Below are positions 35,557 through 49,719 of a stretch of DNA of 64,000 nt, piece by piece. Below the pieces are notes generated by a model. That model made no database searches. It saw nothing but the letters and a program-made list of their open reading frames with translations, and was not told the DNA's origin. This DNA is from Eledone cirrhosa (Eukaryota): assembly GCA_964016885.1 (NCBI GenBank), contig OZ024740.1:73966001-74030000 (forward strand), in the 5' to 3' direction. A program made the position numbers and the translations under genes. How positions within the stretch are numbered: the stretch's first letter is position 1; the number at the start of each line of letters is the position of its first letter.

Positions 35557-35886
35557 GGAAGACATGATATGAAGGTTAAAAAACACTTGTGAATAGTGCA
35601 GTTTTAAATCAACATATGAAAAGTAGTTTTAGATTGATGTGTGATATTGGGAAAAAAATTGAGGGGGTGGTGGAAAGGATGAAAAAGAGGAGGAGATGAG
35701 AGTAAAGAATGGAGGGGGAGGAGTATAATAAGGAAGGATGAGATAGGAGGAGAGATGGGTGATAGAGAGAGAGATAGCTTTTATAACTGAGAAAAATATA
35801 TTGTTTTACAGAGAGAGGTTAAAAAACCGTTGGAAGATAATATATAAATTAAAAGAATTTGAAAATTAACGAAGAGAAAAATTTTT

Positions 35887-36044
35887 GAATAATGTTAAAT
35901 TAAGGTTTGTATATTGAAGGGTTTAATAATATGTGCAATGAAAAGAAATTGTTAATATGCATTAAGAATAATATTAAGTTAAGGTTTGAATATTGAAGGG
36001 TTTAATAATATGTGCGATGGAAAGAAATTGTTGATATGTATTAT
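35887..36044. repeat. 2 x 79-bp tandem duplication in the PLE 3' UTR
   Basis: TTAAGGTTTG.ATATTGAAGGGTTTAATAATATGTGC occurs twice. Confidence 0.85.
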
Positions 36045-36625
36045 TAAAAAAAAAAAAAAATAGTAATGTAATTAAGGATATATTGTGAAAAGAAGTAGAA
36101 GAGCGGATGAATATGTGTAATATGTAGAAGTTAGATGAGCATGAAAGGGAGAAAAAAATAATGAATTGAGGATGAATAATCTAACGTCAAAAAAAATGTT
36201 TATGTTTACGAAGGATTTTTCAAGGTGATACTATAAATATTTAAGAGGGTAATATTAAATTTTATGGCCAGTGATAGGATGGAAGAAGGAAGAGTGGATA
36301 TATTGTGGTGAGTAATAATGAGAATTGAGAAGTATCTGGGAAGAAAAGGTACAGATTAGAGGTTAGAAATTAAAAGAAAAAAGGAAAAAAAGAAAGAAAA
36401 GGAAGTGATAAATAGGAGTGATATAGAATGAGTATCTAGTGTTATATAATGTATAATAAATAACATTGAAATAAGGTAGAAAGATGGGTATATTTTTAAA
36501 GAAATATATATGTATATATATATGTGCTTTTGAGAAAAAGGATTTTAAATTGGTAAAGTATTAGATATTAGCTGTATACTTTATGGAATGTTCTGTGGAA
36601 TTTATGCAAGCAGAGAGAAAACAAG

Positions 36626-38308
36626 TCAGGTAGAATCTAAATTAGATATAATGGTAAATTTCTCACATAAACAGAGATTACATGTCTTGGATAGAGAAGC
36701 ATTCAAGTATGGAGAAGCAGAACAAACCTTCCTCCAAGAGTTGTTATAGTTAATATTTTTGTCTTTCAAGGACCATATGAGTTCTGAGAGTGCCGTGTTG
36801 GTTCTTTTAAGTTGGTATTTAAAAGACGAATGATGATTATAAAGACGAGCTTTAAAGGAGGTGGAAGTGGAGCCAAAATAGGTAAAGGAATTGGTGTCAG
36901 TTATAACTTTACATTCATAGATTAAGTTTTTTTCAAGACAATGGTTGTTGAGAGGACATTTATTTTTAACAGGGCAATTACAATTGCGATTAGAGAAATT
37001 AGCAGAGTTATTAACAAGTGACCTAGTGTTATCTATAGAAGGAATTGGATTGGAGAAGTTATTTACGATAGGAATAATAGTTTCTTGATTTAGATTGGGA
37101 TTAAGAACATTTAACGAAGTTGCGTTTGACGTTGTATTTGGGTTTGCAGAAATTAGCCTAGAGTTAACAATGACGTCGGGAGTACTATTACTATTATTAT
37201 GATATTCAGTGTTGGAAGGAAGAGATTTAGTATTTAGTATTTTATTGTTGTGTTTAGAGATAATGTTAGAGATGTTGGAGGAGGTCGAATAGGAAAATTT
37301 TATAGTGTGTTTGTTAAATATTTTACTATAGATATGTGAGGGAGGGAAGCATTTATTTAAGGCACTAAAGAATAATTTAGGAATATTATTATTAATAGAG
37401 ATGGAGAAAGGAGCATTATACCAGATTATGTTTTTGTATCTAGGTCTTTTATTAAAGTTATTGGAATGATCATGATTAATTATTCTACTGTAAGATCTTC
37501 TAGAATTTGTTTCTTTGCTATATTTGATTTTATCAGGATAATCGGCTTTAGAAAGCGCGTTATTATAGTAATTGGCGTTAGCATCAAAGATGTTTTTATT
37601 AGAAGATAGGTTGGATATTCTTTTTCCAATATTACTAACTATAGCATTCTTAATATTAGTGGGCTGGTTAGATTTAAAATTAACATAATTTAGATTCTCA
37701 TTGTTTTTATGGTAAGGGTAAGTTAGGCCAGTGTCAAGATTAAGAGATACATCCAAGAAATTAGCTAGTTTGATGTTGTTATCAAATTCAATTTTTAAGT
37801 TATGTTGGTTAAAGAGATTACGTATATTGTTCTTAATAATATTAACGTTAACTATGTTGCAATTTAAGATAGTAAAGAGTCCATCGTCACGATAAATTCC
37901 ACCGCGAAGTTGAGGAATTTTCCAATTCAAAGAGTTCAAAATAAAGATACCAATTAAATATGTCAATTGGGATGAATAGGATGCTACGATTGTGGTGTCA
38001 AAGTTGTTAGAGGTATAAGCTCTGGTCCAATATTCATTGTTGAACTCTAGGATAGTTTTACGTGCGGTGAGAATGATGTGAAGTTCATCTGTGGTGATGT
38101 CTGAATATTTGTAAGCGAAAGATAGAGCATTGTTGAGAAGTGAGGGCGAAATAGAAGAATAGTAGCTGGCAATATCAAATTGAATACATTTTTGTTTGTT
38201 TTTCTTATTCAATTTGTTGAACCAGCCAATCATTTCAGAAGTACAAAACCATAAATTTAAGTTTGAAGTGGAGCAATTAGAACGAACCTGTGGGATAATT
38301 CTATTCAA
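36626..38308 (-). CDS. PLE reverse transcriptase-GIY-YIG endonuclease (partial, open over 560 aa)
   Basis: YRDD RT motif and a C-terminal GIY-YIG-like IY..YFG motif. Confidence 0.85.
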   Translation of the reverse strand: MNRIIPQVRSNCSTSNLNLWFCTSEMIGWFNKLNKKNKQKCIQFDIASYYSSISPSLLNNALSFAYKYSDITTDELHIILTARKTILEFNNEYWTRAYTSNNFDTTIVASYSSQLTYLIGIFILNSLNWKIPQLRGGIYRDDGLFTILNCNIVNVNIIKNNIRNLFNQHNLKIEFDNNIKLANFLDVSLNLDTGLTYPYHKNNENLNYVNFKSNQPTNIKNAIVSNIGKRISNLSSNKNIFDANANYYNNALSKADYPDKIKYSKETNSRRSYSRIINHDHSNNFNKRPRYKNIIWYNAPFSISINNNIPKLFFSALNKCFPPSHIYSKIFNKHTIKFSYSTSSNISNIISKHNNKILNTKSLPSNTEYHNNSNSTPDVIVNSRLISANPNTTSNATSLNVLNPNLNQETIIPIVNNFSNPIPSIDNTRSLVNNSANFSNRNCNCPVKNKCPLNNHCLEKNLIYECKVITDTNSFTYFGSTSTSFKARLYNHHSSFKYQLKRTNTALSELIWSLKDKNINYNNSWRKVCSASPYLNASLSKTCNLCLCEKFTIISNLDST

Positions 38309-38347
38309 GATGGCTTTGCTTTATTGTACTACAATAAAACTCACCTC

Positions 38348-38451
<104 letters not shown>

Positions 38452-38547
38452 TGGTGGAACACTGGAAGGTAATATTCGTAGTGGTAGAGCACTAAGTCCA
38501 AGAGACGAGTTAGGTAGAAGTGGTTACACAACAGTTAGTTCACCATA

Positions 38548-38587
38548 CCGAGAACTATTGTTTCACCTTAGCGGATCCTCAGCTCGG
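38548..38587 (-). ncRNA. Minimal hammerhead ribozyme (inverted pLTR copy)
   Basis: CCGAG-CUGAGGA-UCCGCUAAGGU-GAAA-CAAUAG-UU^CUCGG. Confidence 0.75.
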
Positions 38588-39926
38588 AATGGGCATGGTT
38601 ATAGGAACAAGAAGGACAACCGTACGAACGCGCATGCGCAGAAACCCGGTCACTTCACACAGGCAATACTAGACTGCGTGCGAGAGGTGTAAGGGAGATA
38701 ACTGTGAAAGTCCGAAAAGCGTTTAGGTTGAAAATAAAATTACAAAGAATCAGTCCGGAGCCTTGTAGTTATGCAATAGGTGTTTGGCGACGTGTGGACA
38801 ACGTGTGAAAAATTCACTCCTTGTGTTTAGGCAATCACTATTGCGTAATCTCTTTAGAATAGTTATTCGTTCGTCAATACATAAGCCACACGTCAGATTT
38901 CCCCTCGCGTATGGCTTGGACTTAGTGATGGCTTTCCATTGAATGGAGTAGTCTATACTTGAGTCCTTGAGGGACCATACGTGGCTCGCGAGTTTCGTGG
39001 ATGAATGTCTGTCCGGGTACCTGAAGGTAGACTGGTGGTTCAGGAAACGTTCCTTGAATCGGCCCTCCACCATGCCCATCGGCACCCTACTATAACACGG
39101 CGTTGGCTAACAGCGGCTTCTCACAACCTATCACTTACTCTCCCACTAGCAACAACACCATTAAGAAAAGTAAGTGCAACAATAGACAAACTATCTGGTT
39201 ATCTCCCCCCTTCTCACTCAACGTTAAAACCAATGTAGGAAAAAAATTTCTAGCCCTCTTAGACACTTCCCCATAGGTCATAAATACCACTCCATCTTTA
39301 ACCGACACAAAGTTAAACTAGGATACTCCTGCGCTAAGAACACGAAGGCCCACATCACCAGCAGCCCTAGGAGCAACACCCCACCAGGGTGCTCTTGCCG
39401 TAAGCCTGAAGCGTGCCCCCTTCAACAGCAATGCAACACACCAGCTGTAATCTATGAAGCTGTGGTCACTTCCAACCGACCAAACGAACCACAGGAGGTC
39501 AAATCCTATGTGCGTATGGCGGAGGGCCGTTTCAAGGAACATTTCCTGAACCACCAGTCTACGTTCAGGTACCCGGACAGACGTTCATCCACGAAACTCG
39601 CGAGCCACGTATGGTCCCTCAAGGACTCGTGTATACACTACTCCATTCAATAGAAAGCCATCAGATTATGCAATAGTGATTGCCTAAACACAAGAAGTGA
39701 ATTTTTCACACTTTGTCCACACGTCGCCAAACACCTATTGCATAACTACAAGGCTCCGGGCTGATTCTTTGTAATTTTATTTTCAACCTAAAAACTTTTC
39801 GGACTTTCGCAGTTATCTCCCTTACTCCTCTCGCACGCAGTCTAGTATTGCCTGTGTGAAGTGACCGGGTTTCTGCGCATGCGCGTTCGTACGGTTGTCC
39901 TCCCTGTTCCTATAACCATGCCCATT

Positions 39927-39966
39927 CCGAGCTGAGGATCCGCTAAGGTGAAACAATTGTTCTCGG
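39927..39966 (+). ncRNA. Minimal hammerhead ribozyme
   Basis: CCGAG-CUGAGGA-UCCGCUAAGGU-GAAA-CAAUUG-UU^CUCGG. Palindromic stem III and weak stem II. Confidence 0.8.
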
Positions 39967-39994
39967 TATGGTGAACTAACTGTTGTGTAACCAC

Positions 39995-40057
<63 letters not shown>

Positions 40058-40104
40058 CATACTTATATATATTGTTATACTTGGGGAAGGTCATATTGTT
40101 GTAA

Positions 40105-40294
40105 TTATTGTTTCTACTATTGGCACAAGGCCAGAAATTATCCAGTACATTACTGGTACTTTATTTTATCGACCCCGTAAGGATGAAAGGCAAAGTTAAC
40201 CTCGGCGGGATTTGAACTCAGAATGGCAAGGGCCGAAACTCTATGCGTCAAAGCATGGCGTCCGACCCTCTACCGATACTGCCAATCCACCGCC
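40105..40294 (-). mobile_element. SINE family B
   Basis: Near-identical to 7012-7200. Confidence 0.88.
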
Positions 40295-40329
40295 ATCTTG
40301 TAATAATATTGCCAGAATTAATAACAGAA

Positions 40330-42045
<1,716 letters not shown>

Positions 42046-42356
42046 TAGAAGTGGTATTTAATTTGTTGGAAGTCCGACAAACATAAATTAACGTTATATG
42101 ACTTTTATTCATCACCTTGTTAATTTGTTCTCTCTATCTCTCTCGTAATATTTTTTATCTTTATCCTCTTATTTTTTCTCTCTCTCTTTCTCCAGTGTCA
42201 TTTAAATAAACGGTTGTTTTTCAATTATTTACATATTCATTTGCATATTCACACATAAGTTTGAATAATCCCTAATATATTTCCGCTATCCAGTGAATTT
42301 CCAACCGATAAGGTATGAGTTTCATGGGTATGTCTCTATTTATAAAACAAACTTTG

Positions 42357-42421
42357 TATTTTATCTGATGAAAGCGTACCAATGTTATCTTGGTTACCCT
42401 TGAAATATATATAATAAAATA
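42357..42421 (+). ncRNA. Type I hammerhead ribozyme in a solo pLTR-like segment (42045-42468) between (TA)n tracts
   Basis: UAUUUUAU-CUGAUGA-[AAGCGUACCAA UGUUAUC UUGGUUACCCUU]-GAAA-UAUAUA-UA^AUAAAAUA, with extra pairing UUUAUAAAAC/GUUUUAUAAA. Confidence 0.85.
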
Positions 42422-42482
42422 AATATGGTTTTATAAATATAGTTTCCATTTATTTAATATTATTGTATATATATATATATAT

Positions 42483-42676
42483 ATAGGAACGGGTAGGACC
42501 CCGATGGCTGAGCTCAAGCCATTTCGACGGCTAATTCTGGACTCAGAATTAGCCGTCGAAACGGCTTGAGCTCAGCCGTCGGGGTCCTACTTGTTCCTAT
42601 TACCCACTCTACTACCCTAAGTATTGAGTACTTTGGTGCGTTATGGTCCATCTGGTTCCTTACCACATTTCCTTCG

Positions 42677-42677
<1 letters not shown>
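42483..42677. repeat. Hairpin element: 57-bp arms, 4-nt loop, 77-bp tail, inside (TA)n
   Basis: 42483-42539 versus 42544-42600, 4 mismatches. Confidence 0.93.
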
Positions 42678-42709
<32 letters not shown>

Positions 42710-42711
<2 letters not shown>

Positions 42712-44543
42712 TAATGAAAAATAATAAATATATATATAATGAAAAATAATAAACAAAACAGAGAGGCAGTACAACAAATGTTTATTAATTTCACGCTCTT
42801 GAGAGTGGAGTGGTGGTGGGGAACGACGTTTCGGGCATAAGCCCTTCTTCAGGTGAAAAGTGTGTGGGAAGAGAGTTCAAAGGGTGTGTAGGGGAGTGGT
42901 GGAGAGACATATAGCAAAAAGGGGGGTGAAAGGAAACGGTGCAAATGAAATTAAAAATAAAGGCATGATCAAAATAAAATTAAAATGGGGTAAAACAGGT
43001 GGTGGAAGGGTGTGGGGCGTGTAGTGGTGGTGGCGGGTGGAGTGGGGAGAGGGAGACTGGGTGTCCGAGAGGGGAGGGCTGAAGGTGGTGTGTGTGTGTA
43101 GGTGTACGTGTGTGTGTGTGTGTGTGTATGTGAAAGCAAGGGTTTGGGGGAAGAACGGGGTTGCATGTTCAGGAAGAGGTGTGTGTGGGGTGGGGTGTAG
43201 GTCGGAGTGTGTGTGCGTGTGTGGATAGAGGGGTGGGGGAGAGGATTCCGGAGGCTGAATGTGTAAATATGTGGTGGTACGCACGTGTGTGTGTGGTGTT
43301 TATGCGTGTTGTGGGTGTAGGTGGCGTGTGGGAAAAAAATTTTTCTTTGGGTGTGTTGGTGGGGTGAGTCATAAAGGTAATTCCGTAAAAAGATGTGGTG
43401 GAATGCTGAGTAATATCCTTGGATGTGGTGGATTCCGGGATCAAGGTTCACATACGTGTAATCCGTGAAGAGATTGGTCGGAAGAGGGGAGATGTGGGGT
43501 GCGCGCGCAACAGGAAGTGGTCAGAGGGTCAAGGCAGGAGGAGTGTTGTGTGTCTGTGTGTGCAGGGAGGTGGTCAGAGGGCATAGCAGCAGTAGGGTAG
43601 AATGGTAAGTGAAGGCGTGTCAGTGTGTGCGGTGGACAGGGGAGAGGATGGGTGGGTGTGAAAGTTGGAGTGAGGAGGGTGTGTGTGTGTATTAGTAGAG
43701 GTGTTAGTGGGATGAGTGAGTGTTTGAGAAAGGGCGTGGGTGAAGCGGGGAGAGAAGGGTGTGGGGGCCGATGGAGGGAGTGTAGTGTACTGGTGTGTGT
43801 GTTTGGTGAAGGGACTGTTAGTGGGTGTTAGTATACAGGAGGTGGAGAAAGGGTTGAATGCGGGTGTGAGTGGGGGTCAGTGGTGGTAGGGTGTGTAGAG
43901 TGGGTGGTGTAAGAGGGTGTGTGTGTACGTGTGCGTAGGGCTGGGGGGTGTTAGTGATGTTAGTTGTGTGTAGGTTGGGTGGTGTAAGTGGGTGTGTGTG
44001 TTCGTGTGCTTGGGGTCAGGGGGTGTTAGTGATGTTAGTTGCGGGGTGGTGGGGTGAGGGTTAGTGGTGGTAGTAGGGTGTGTGTTTAGTGTGAGCGCGT
44101 GTATATATGTGCCGGGGGGTGTGTGCGTGTGATAAGGAGGCGGGAGGAGAAGAAGGGAGGGATGTTAGTATGTTAGTTGGGGAAGGGTGGTCGGATGTGG
44201 GGTGGAGGTGTTAGTATTGTTAGTTGTGGGGTGGGCGGTGAAAAGGAGGGGTGTGTTAGTGGTGTTAGTGGGGGATATGTGTGGGGGGAGGGGGGCGGTC
44301 GAAGGCTAAAGGAATAAGGGTGGGGAGTTCAGGCCGGGGGGAGTGTGGGTCTGTAAGATGAAGATGGTTCGTTGTTCAACTCTTAGGTGATTGGCGGGTG
44401 TTCCGTGGCACTGGAGTAGGCCACAGACTGTGAGATGGCGTGCGGAATGTCCAGGGGCAATAAAGTGGCTGGCGATGGGGGAATAACCACCGAGACGAAT
44501 ATCCCGGAGGTGCTCAGTAAATCTGTCCGCCAGGCGACGTCCA
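42710..44543 (-). mobile_element. 5'-truncated PLE (Neptune-like GIY-YIG C-terminus) with ~1.6-kb C/A-rich 3' UTR
   Basis: GRRLADRFTEHLRDIR..PIASHF..GH..EQRTIFILQTHTPPGLN (44306-44545). Second copy at 62543-64000. (TA)n on both sides. Confidence 0.85.
42823..42855 (-). ncRNA. Minimal hammerhead motif
   Basis: AC-CUGAAGA-A-GGGC UUAU GCCC-GAAA-C-GUC^GU. Stem I is only 2 bp. Confidence 0.6.
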
Positions 44544-44614
44544 TATATATATATATCACGATAAATTAACGGAGCCATAGACTCTCGCCATTCCCTGTAA
44601 ATAATGTGCTCAAA

Positions 44615-44872
44615 GGAAAAGAAATCCTGAGCTCTTTAAAATACAATATGTTGAAAAGGTAACACACTAGTGCGCTATCAATAAAACAGGGAAAAACCAG
44701 TGGAAAAGAAATCCTGAGCTCTTTAAAATACAATATGTTGAAAAGGTAACACACTAGTGCGCTATCAATAAAACAGGGAAAAACCAGTGGAAAAGAAATC
44801 CTGAGCTCTTTAAAATACAATATGTTGAAAAGGTAACACACAGTGCGCTATCAATAAAACAGGGAAAAACCA
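44615..44872. repeat. 3 x 87-bp tandem repeat
   Basis: Units start at 44615, 44702 and 44789 and are essentially identical. Confidence 0.95.
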
Positions 44873-44969
44873 CAAGTGTATGGAATCTATAACCTATGAA
44901 AGGCAGACTATAGACACGATAATTAAAAATATAAATTAAAGCGTAAATAAATACCTCTATAACTATATA

Positions 44970-45051
44970 ACACACGTACAAATCCAAAGAGATCAGTTTC
45001 ACCAGTAAGTTGTTGACAGAAATGGAATAACCCCGGTTCCTCAGCGTGTGT
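44970..45051 (-). ncRNA. Type I hammerhead ribozyme (left arm)
   Basis: ACACACG-CUGAGGA-ACCGG..CUGGU-GAAA-CUGAUCU CUUU GGAUUUG-UA^CGUGUGU. Confidence 0.82.
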
Positions 45052-45268
45052 AAGGCTATACATTTCAGACAACACTAAGAGAATTTTACTCTCTCTCTGT
45101 TTGGTTGAGCACACTTCTCTGAGTGGTTTTGGGCTTCCCTTTCGAGCAGCTCGTCCCTCAGAGGCCACTGGTTCACTGCCCTTAAACACGCTATGACTTC
45201 TCTCTCCCACGTGTAGCTGGACAGTCACTTTTAAAATTCTCTTAGTGTTGTCTGAAATGTATAGCCTT

Positions 45269-45350
45269 ACACACGCTGAGGAACCGGGGTTATTCCATTT
45301 CTGTCAACAACTTACTGGAGAAACAGATCTCTTTGGATTTGTACGTGTGT
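45269..45350 (+). ncRNA. Type I hammerhead ribozyme (right arm)
   Basis: ACACACG-CUGAGGA-ACCGG..CUGGA-GAAA-CAGAUCU CUUU GGAUUUG-UA^CGUGUGU: 7-bp stem I and a true hairpin stem III. Confidence 0.82.
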
Positions 45351-45517
45351 TATATAGTTATAGAGATATTTATTTACGCTTTAATTTATATTTTTAATTA
45401 TCGTGTCTATACTCTGCTTTTCATAGGTTATAGATTCCATACACTTGTGGTTTTTCCCTGTTTTATTGATAGCGCACTGTATATCTCTCTCTGGTGTGTT
45501 ACCTTTTCAACATATTG

Positions 45518-45654
<137 letters not shown>

Positions 45655-46001
45655 AAGGGAGTGAGAGAGAGAGTGTTAAAGATTTTACCATTCAACATAG
45701 GGAAGGTGGGGAAAAAAGGATTAAAAGGCAAGAAGACAAGACAATGACACTTGTATGGGTGTGTGTGTGTATACAAGACCAGAAATATGAAAGGTGTTGA
45801 ATATTAGCTATGAATATATCACCTGTCTCTGAGAAGATGGCATTACTGATTTCTAATACTGGCACAATTTCATTAATATTTAATGGGAAAAATATAGCTG
45901 ATTAAATCAATCCCGATACTTGATTGGTACCTTTAACAACCGCAGAAAAATGAGGGGCAAATCTGACTCTAACCAGATTTAAATGTTTTTTCTGTTTGCA
46001 A

Positions 46002-47340
46002 TCATCATCTTGATCATCTTCAGCCCTGGAAAGTCCATTGTTGGCCATAGGCCTTTCCTGCACTGCACCATCTTTGCCAATCCTGGCCCATTCATGGCCA
46101 AAGTTTTTCAAGTTTTCAATTTTTTCATGGTTGTCCTGCCACCTGGTCTTCTGGTGGCCTTAGTTTCTTTTGTGACCTCATGGGGTCCAAAAGGTGTCGT
46201 GGCTGGTCCATCTGTTGTCAGTCATTCTGGCAATGTGTCCCACCGACTTCCAGTTTGATTTGCTAATGATTTCTAGGATCCAACAGACTTTTGTCTTATC
46301 TCTGACCCATTCAGCAGTTTTTCAATCTCACCATGAGATGTTTAACATGATTCTTTCATCGGCTCTTTGCATTGTTCGTAACTTTAGAGTTTGTGTTTTT
46401 ATTACTTTCCAGGTTTCTAATCCATAGGTGACAGTTGGCAGAATACATTGGTAATAAACTTGACATTTCAAGATGATTGGTGTGTCTTCGTTCTTGAAAA
46501 TAGCACTTACTCTTCCAAAAGCTTTCCACCCCAGTGTGATGCAGTGCTTGATTTCTTGTTCTTTAGACACCAAGCTCATTGAAATGCGCTGACCAATGTA
46601 GATGTAGTGGTTGATCTCCTAGATCTTGTTGTTATTAATTGTGATGACCAGGTCTGCATCATCACTGTATTTATTGAACATGGTTTTGGTCTTTTTGAAG
46701 TTCATGCTCAGACAGACTTCTAACGTAGATGTGTTTAGTTTTATAAGAATTTGTTGTAGTTCTTCTCTGTTGCTAGCAAAGATGATGATATCATCAGTGA
46801 ACCAAAGTTGATTTAGATATTTGCTGTTGATCTTGATGTCCCTCTCTTCCCATCTGAGCTTTTGAAATGACCACTGTGAAGAGCTTTGGAGAACTGGTGT
46901 CCCCCTGTTGTACTCCTTTTTGAAGTTGAAAAGGCTTTGAATCTTTGTTTATTCAGATATATGATCTTGCATTTTTGTAGATGTGTCAGAGAACATTGAT
47001 GTAGATGGGCCCGACATCCTGTTCTTGAAGCATGCTGATCATGTCCGGGATTTCTATGATATTGAAGGCCTTGTTGTAATCAACCAGGTCAATGATCAAA
47101 GGGATATTGTACTCTGCACACTTTTCGATGATCTGGTATACTACATGGAGGTGATCTTAGGCGGAGAAGCCTTTCCTGATGCTGGCTTGTTCTCTGGGCT
47201 GATTTTCATTGAGTGCTCTTGTGACTCTGTTCATGATGAATTTTGCGAACAGTTTTTAGATGTTGTTTAGAAGACTTATGGGGCAGTAATTGGAGATATT
47301 CTTTGGGTCATCATACTTCTGTACAAAAAAAGGAGACCCA
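46002..47340 (-). mobile_element. Degraded RTE LINE of another family (RT to 3' end)
   Basis: ITLGWKAFG..CILPTVTYGLETW..QRADERIML, and QPREQASIRKG. Confidence 0.8.
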
Positions 47341-48272
47341 AAGAACATCTCTGATTACTGCCTTATATGTCTGTTTGCAATGCTGAGTAAAGATTTCTCA
47401 TATGTAACAAAAACATCCTGTATGTGCATGCACTTGCACATATGTGCACACACAATTAACTAAAGCTATATCCTGATCAGAATTGGTGCATACCCTGATC
47501 AATTAAGGAAAATATTGAACCTTATTGTAAATGAAGTAATGAACAACAACAAAACATTGAATAAATATAGCACCAGATCAATAATTTTGAAGAACATGAA
47601 TAAAAGAGAATAAATTATCATGTATCCTTTCACAATTATTATGGAAACCAAGACAAATATGGAACATATTTTATCATGCTGGTGCCATGATAAAATGCAC
47701 CCAGTATAGTCTGTAAAGTGGTAGTGCTGGTGCTGAAACAAAATTCACCCAATGCACTCTGTAAAGTGGTTGGCATTAGGAAGGGCATCCAGCTGTAGAA
47801 TTCATGCAAAAAGTGGAACATATGAGGATGATGTGGCCTTATTGACTCATAGTCTCGGTGTATGGAACCCTGCCCAATCCATGACAGCATGGACAATGGT
47901 TATAAAATGATAATGATAATAGATAAAAGAACGTTTGGTTACAAAGAAACTTACATATTCCTCTTGATCCAGTTTCAGTTGATTTTTGTTGCCTTATTTA
48001 TCAAAATTGAAGTTGAAGACTTATTAGTTTCATGTTTTGAAAACTATCACCATAGATTTGAATAGTTGTAGAACAGAAGAGTTTTCTGAAGTTTATATGA
48101 AAATTAAAATGTGTATACTTTTACCCCTTTGGGAGATTATTTTGAAAAATATTATTAACCCAAAAATGTTTTTCTTTAATTTCAATCTTATTATTCTCAT
48201 TCTGCATTCCATATACTCTGTAGGCTTTATGGAATATATATAAATATATATATATATACACCCACACACACA

Positions 48273-48314
<42 letters not shown>

Positions 48315-49223
48315 TACACACACTCACACACACAAACACACACACACACACACAGTTATTTATAATAGCTACAGAACATCATACAATACATAATATGATT
48401 TTCACAAGTGAAAAAATGTATAGAAAATACAAATATTATTGTTTAATTTTATAAGCAAAAGCCACAAAAATTTAAGTAATAATAAATTATAATATACACT
48501 GCTCCCCACATAATAGGAAAAGCTCTTCACAAATTAATCAATCACTAATGCAAAGTAGTACATAAATGTAAAATAATTTGCAATGAAAACCTCCAACTGT
48601 CACATGTACAAGCAATGTTTTAGGCCAGAAACCTTGTAAATGATTAGAATTAATGACAAATTCCATTTGTGGTTGAAAAACACATTCCTGATTCAGGAAA
48701 GCTATTTATTTTTTTTTTTTTTTCCCATACACTTCACATAAAATAGGAAAATCAGAAAAAATAATATAACTCTAATATAACTTCTAAGCTCAATTGTTTG
48801 GTGTTGACATTAATAAAAGACAGCGAAAAGATCTGCATTTGTTTTATTCTGCACTGAAAATGACTACCTTCTTTTTAATGGTGAATTTTTATTCTAAATC
48901 CCTTGGTTAAATATATCTTAATATATTAATTGGGTAAATATTTTAAAAAACCCACACATATATGTGTGTGTGTGTGTGTGTGTGTATGCATGCCTGTGTG
49001 ACTTTCTATACTGCTACTTCCCCATGTTTCTGTGTTTGGCATATGCATGCATATGGCAATTTTTTTTGTTTGTTTTTGAGTTGGCAGAAGCATTAGAGAG
49101 TTGAACGAAATGCCTTATGGTATTTATCCAAACTCCTTGCATTTTGAGTTTTGATCTTGCCAAGGTTAACTTTACTTTTCATCCTTCTGGGGTCAATAAA
49201 AATACTACCACTCAATGGTTATG

Positions 49224-49510
49224 TGGAGGCATGTGAACTAGTGGTAATGGTGTTGGACTTACAATCATAATGTCATGGGTTTGATTCATGGGCTGGCTTG
49301 TGTGTTGTGTTCTTGAACAAAACACTTCATTTTATGTTGCCCGAGTATACTCAGCTGAAAATGAGTACCAGTAATAACTGGGAGTTTAACACTCTGATGG
49401 CCAGCCGTCCTGTCTAGGGGGAAGTCTTGAACTCTTTGCCGCTTAATGCCATGAAGCAAGGATAAACACTGGCCTGACGAGCCTCCTGGCTTGAGACTGG
49501 CTTTAAACTT
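49224..49510 (+). mobile_element. Old tRNA-head SINE sharing the family A head and body but with a different tail
   Basis: GGAGGCATGTG..TAGTGGT..GGTTTGATTC..TTCTTGAACAAAACACTT..ACTCAGCTGAAAATGAG. Confidence 0.7.
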
Positions 49511-49719
49511 TTAGTCAATAGTGGTGGGTTAATATTGGAGAGTCAGGATGTTCATGGTATTTGTTCCAGCTCTTTGTGCTCTGAGTTCAAATTCCATAGG
49601 GGTCTACAAGGGTGGTAGATATAAAGCCACCCTTTGATTCATGAGTGCCTGTAGTGGAGTCCACTCTGTTACAAGCATTGAGGCCAGATTTTTGGTTTGA
49701 GGATACCATCTTCCTTGTT

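Noticed and set aside
42483-42600. pre-miRNA, or editing signature in the hairpin mismatches
   Set aside because: Only 4 mismatches, two of them explicable by CpG decay. A repeat origin is more parsimonious, and there are no small-RNA data.
44615-44872. CRISPR-like periodicity (also 30526-30700)
   Set aside because: The units are contiguous tandem repeats without unique spacers, the context is eukaryotic, and there are no cas genes.
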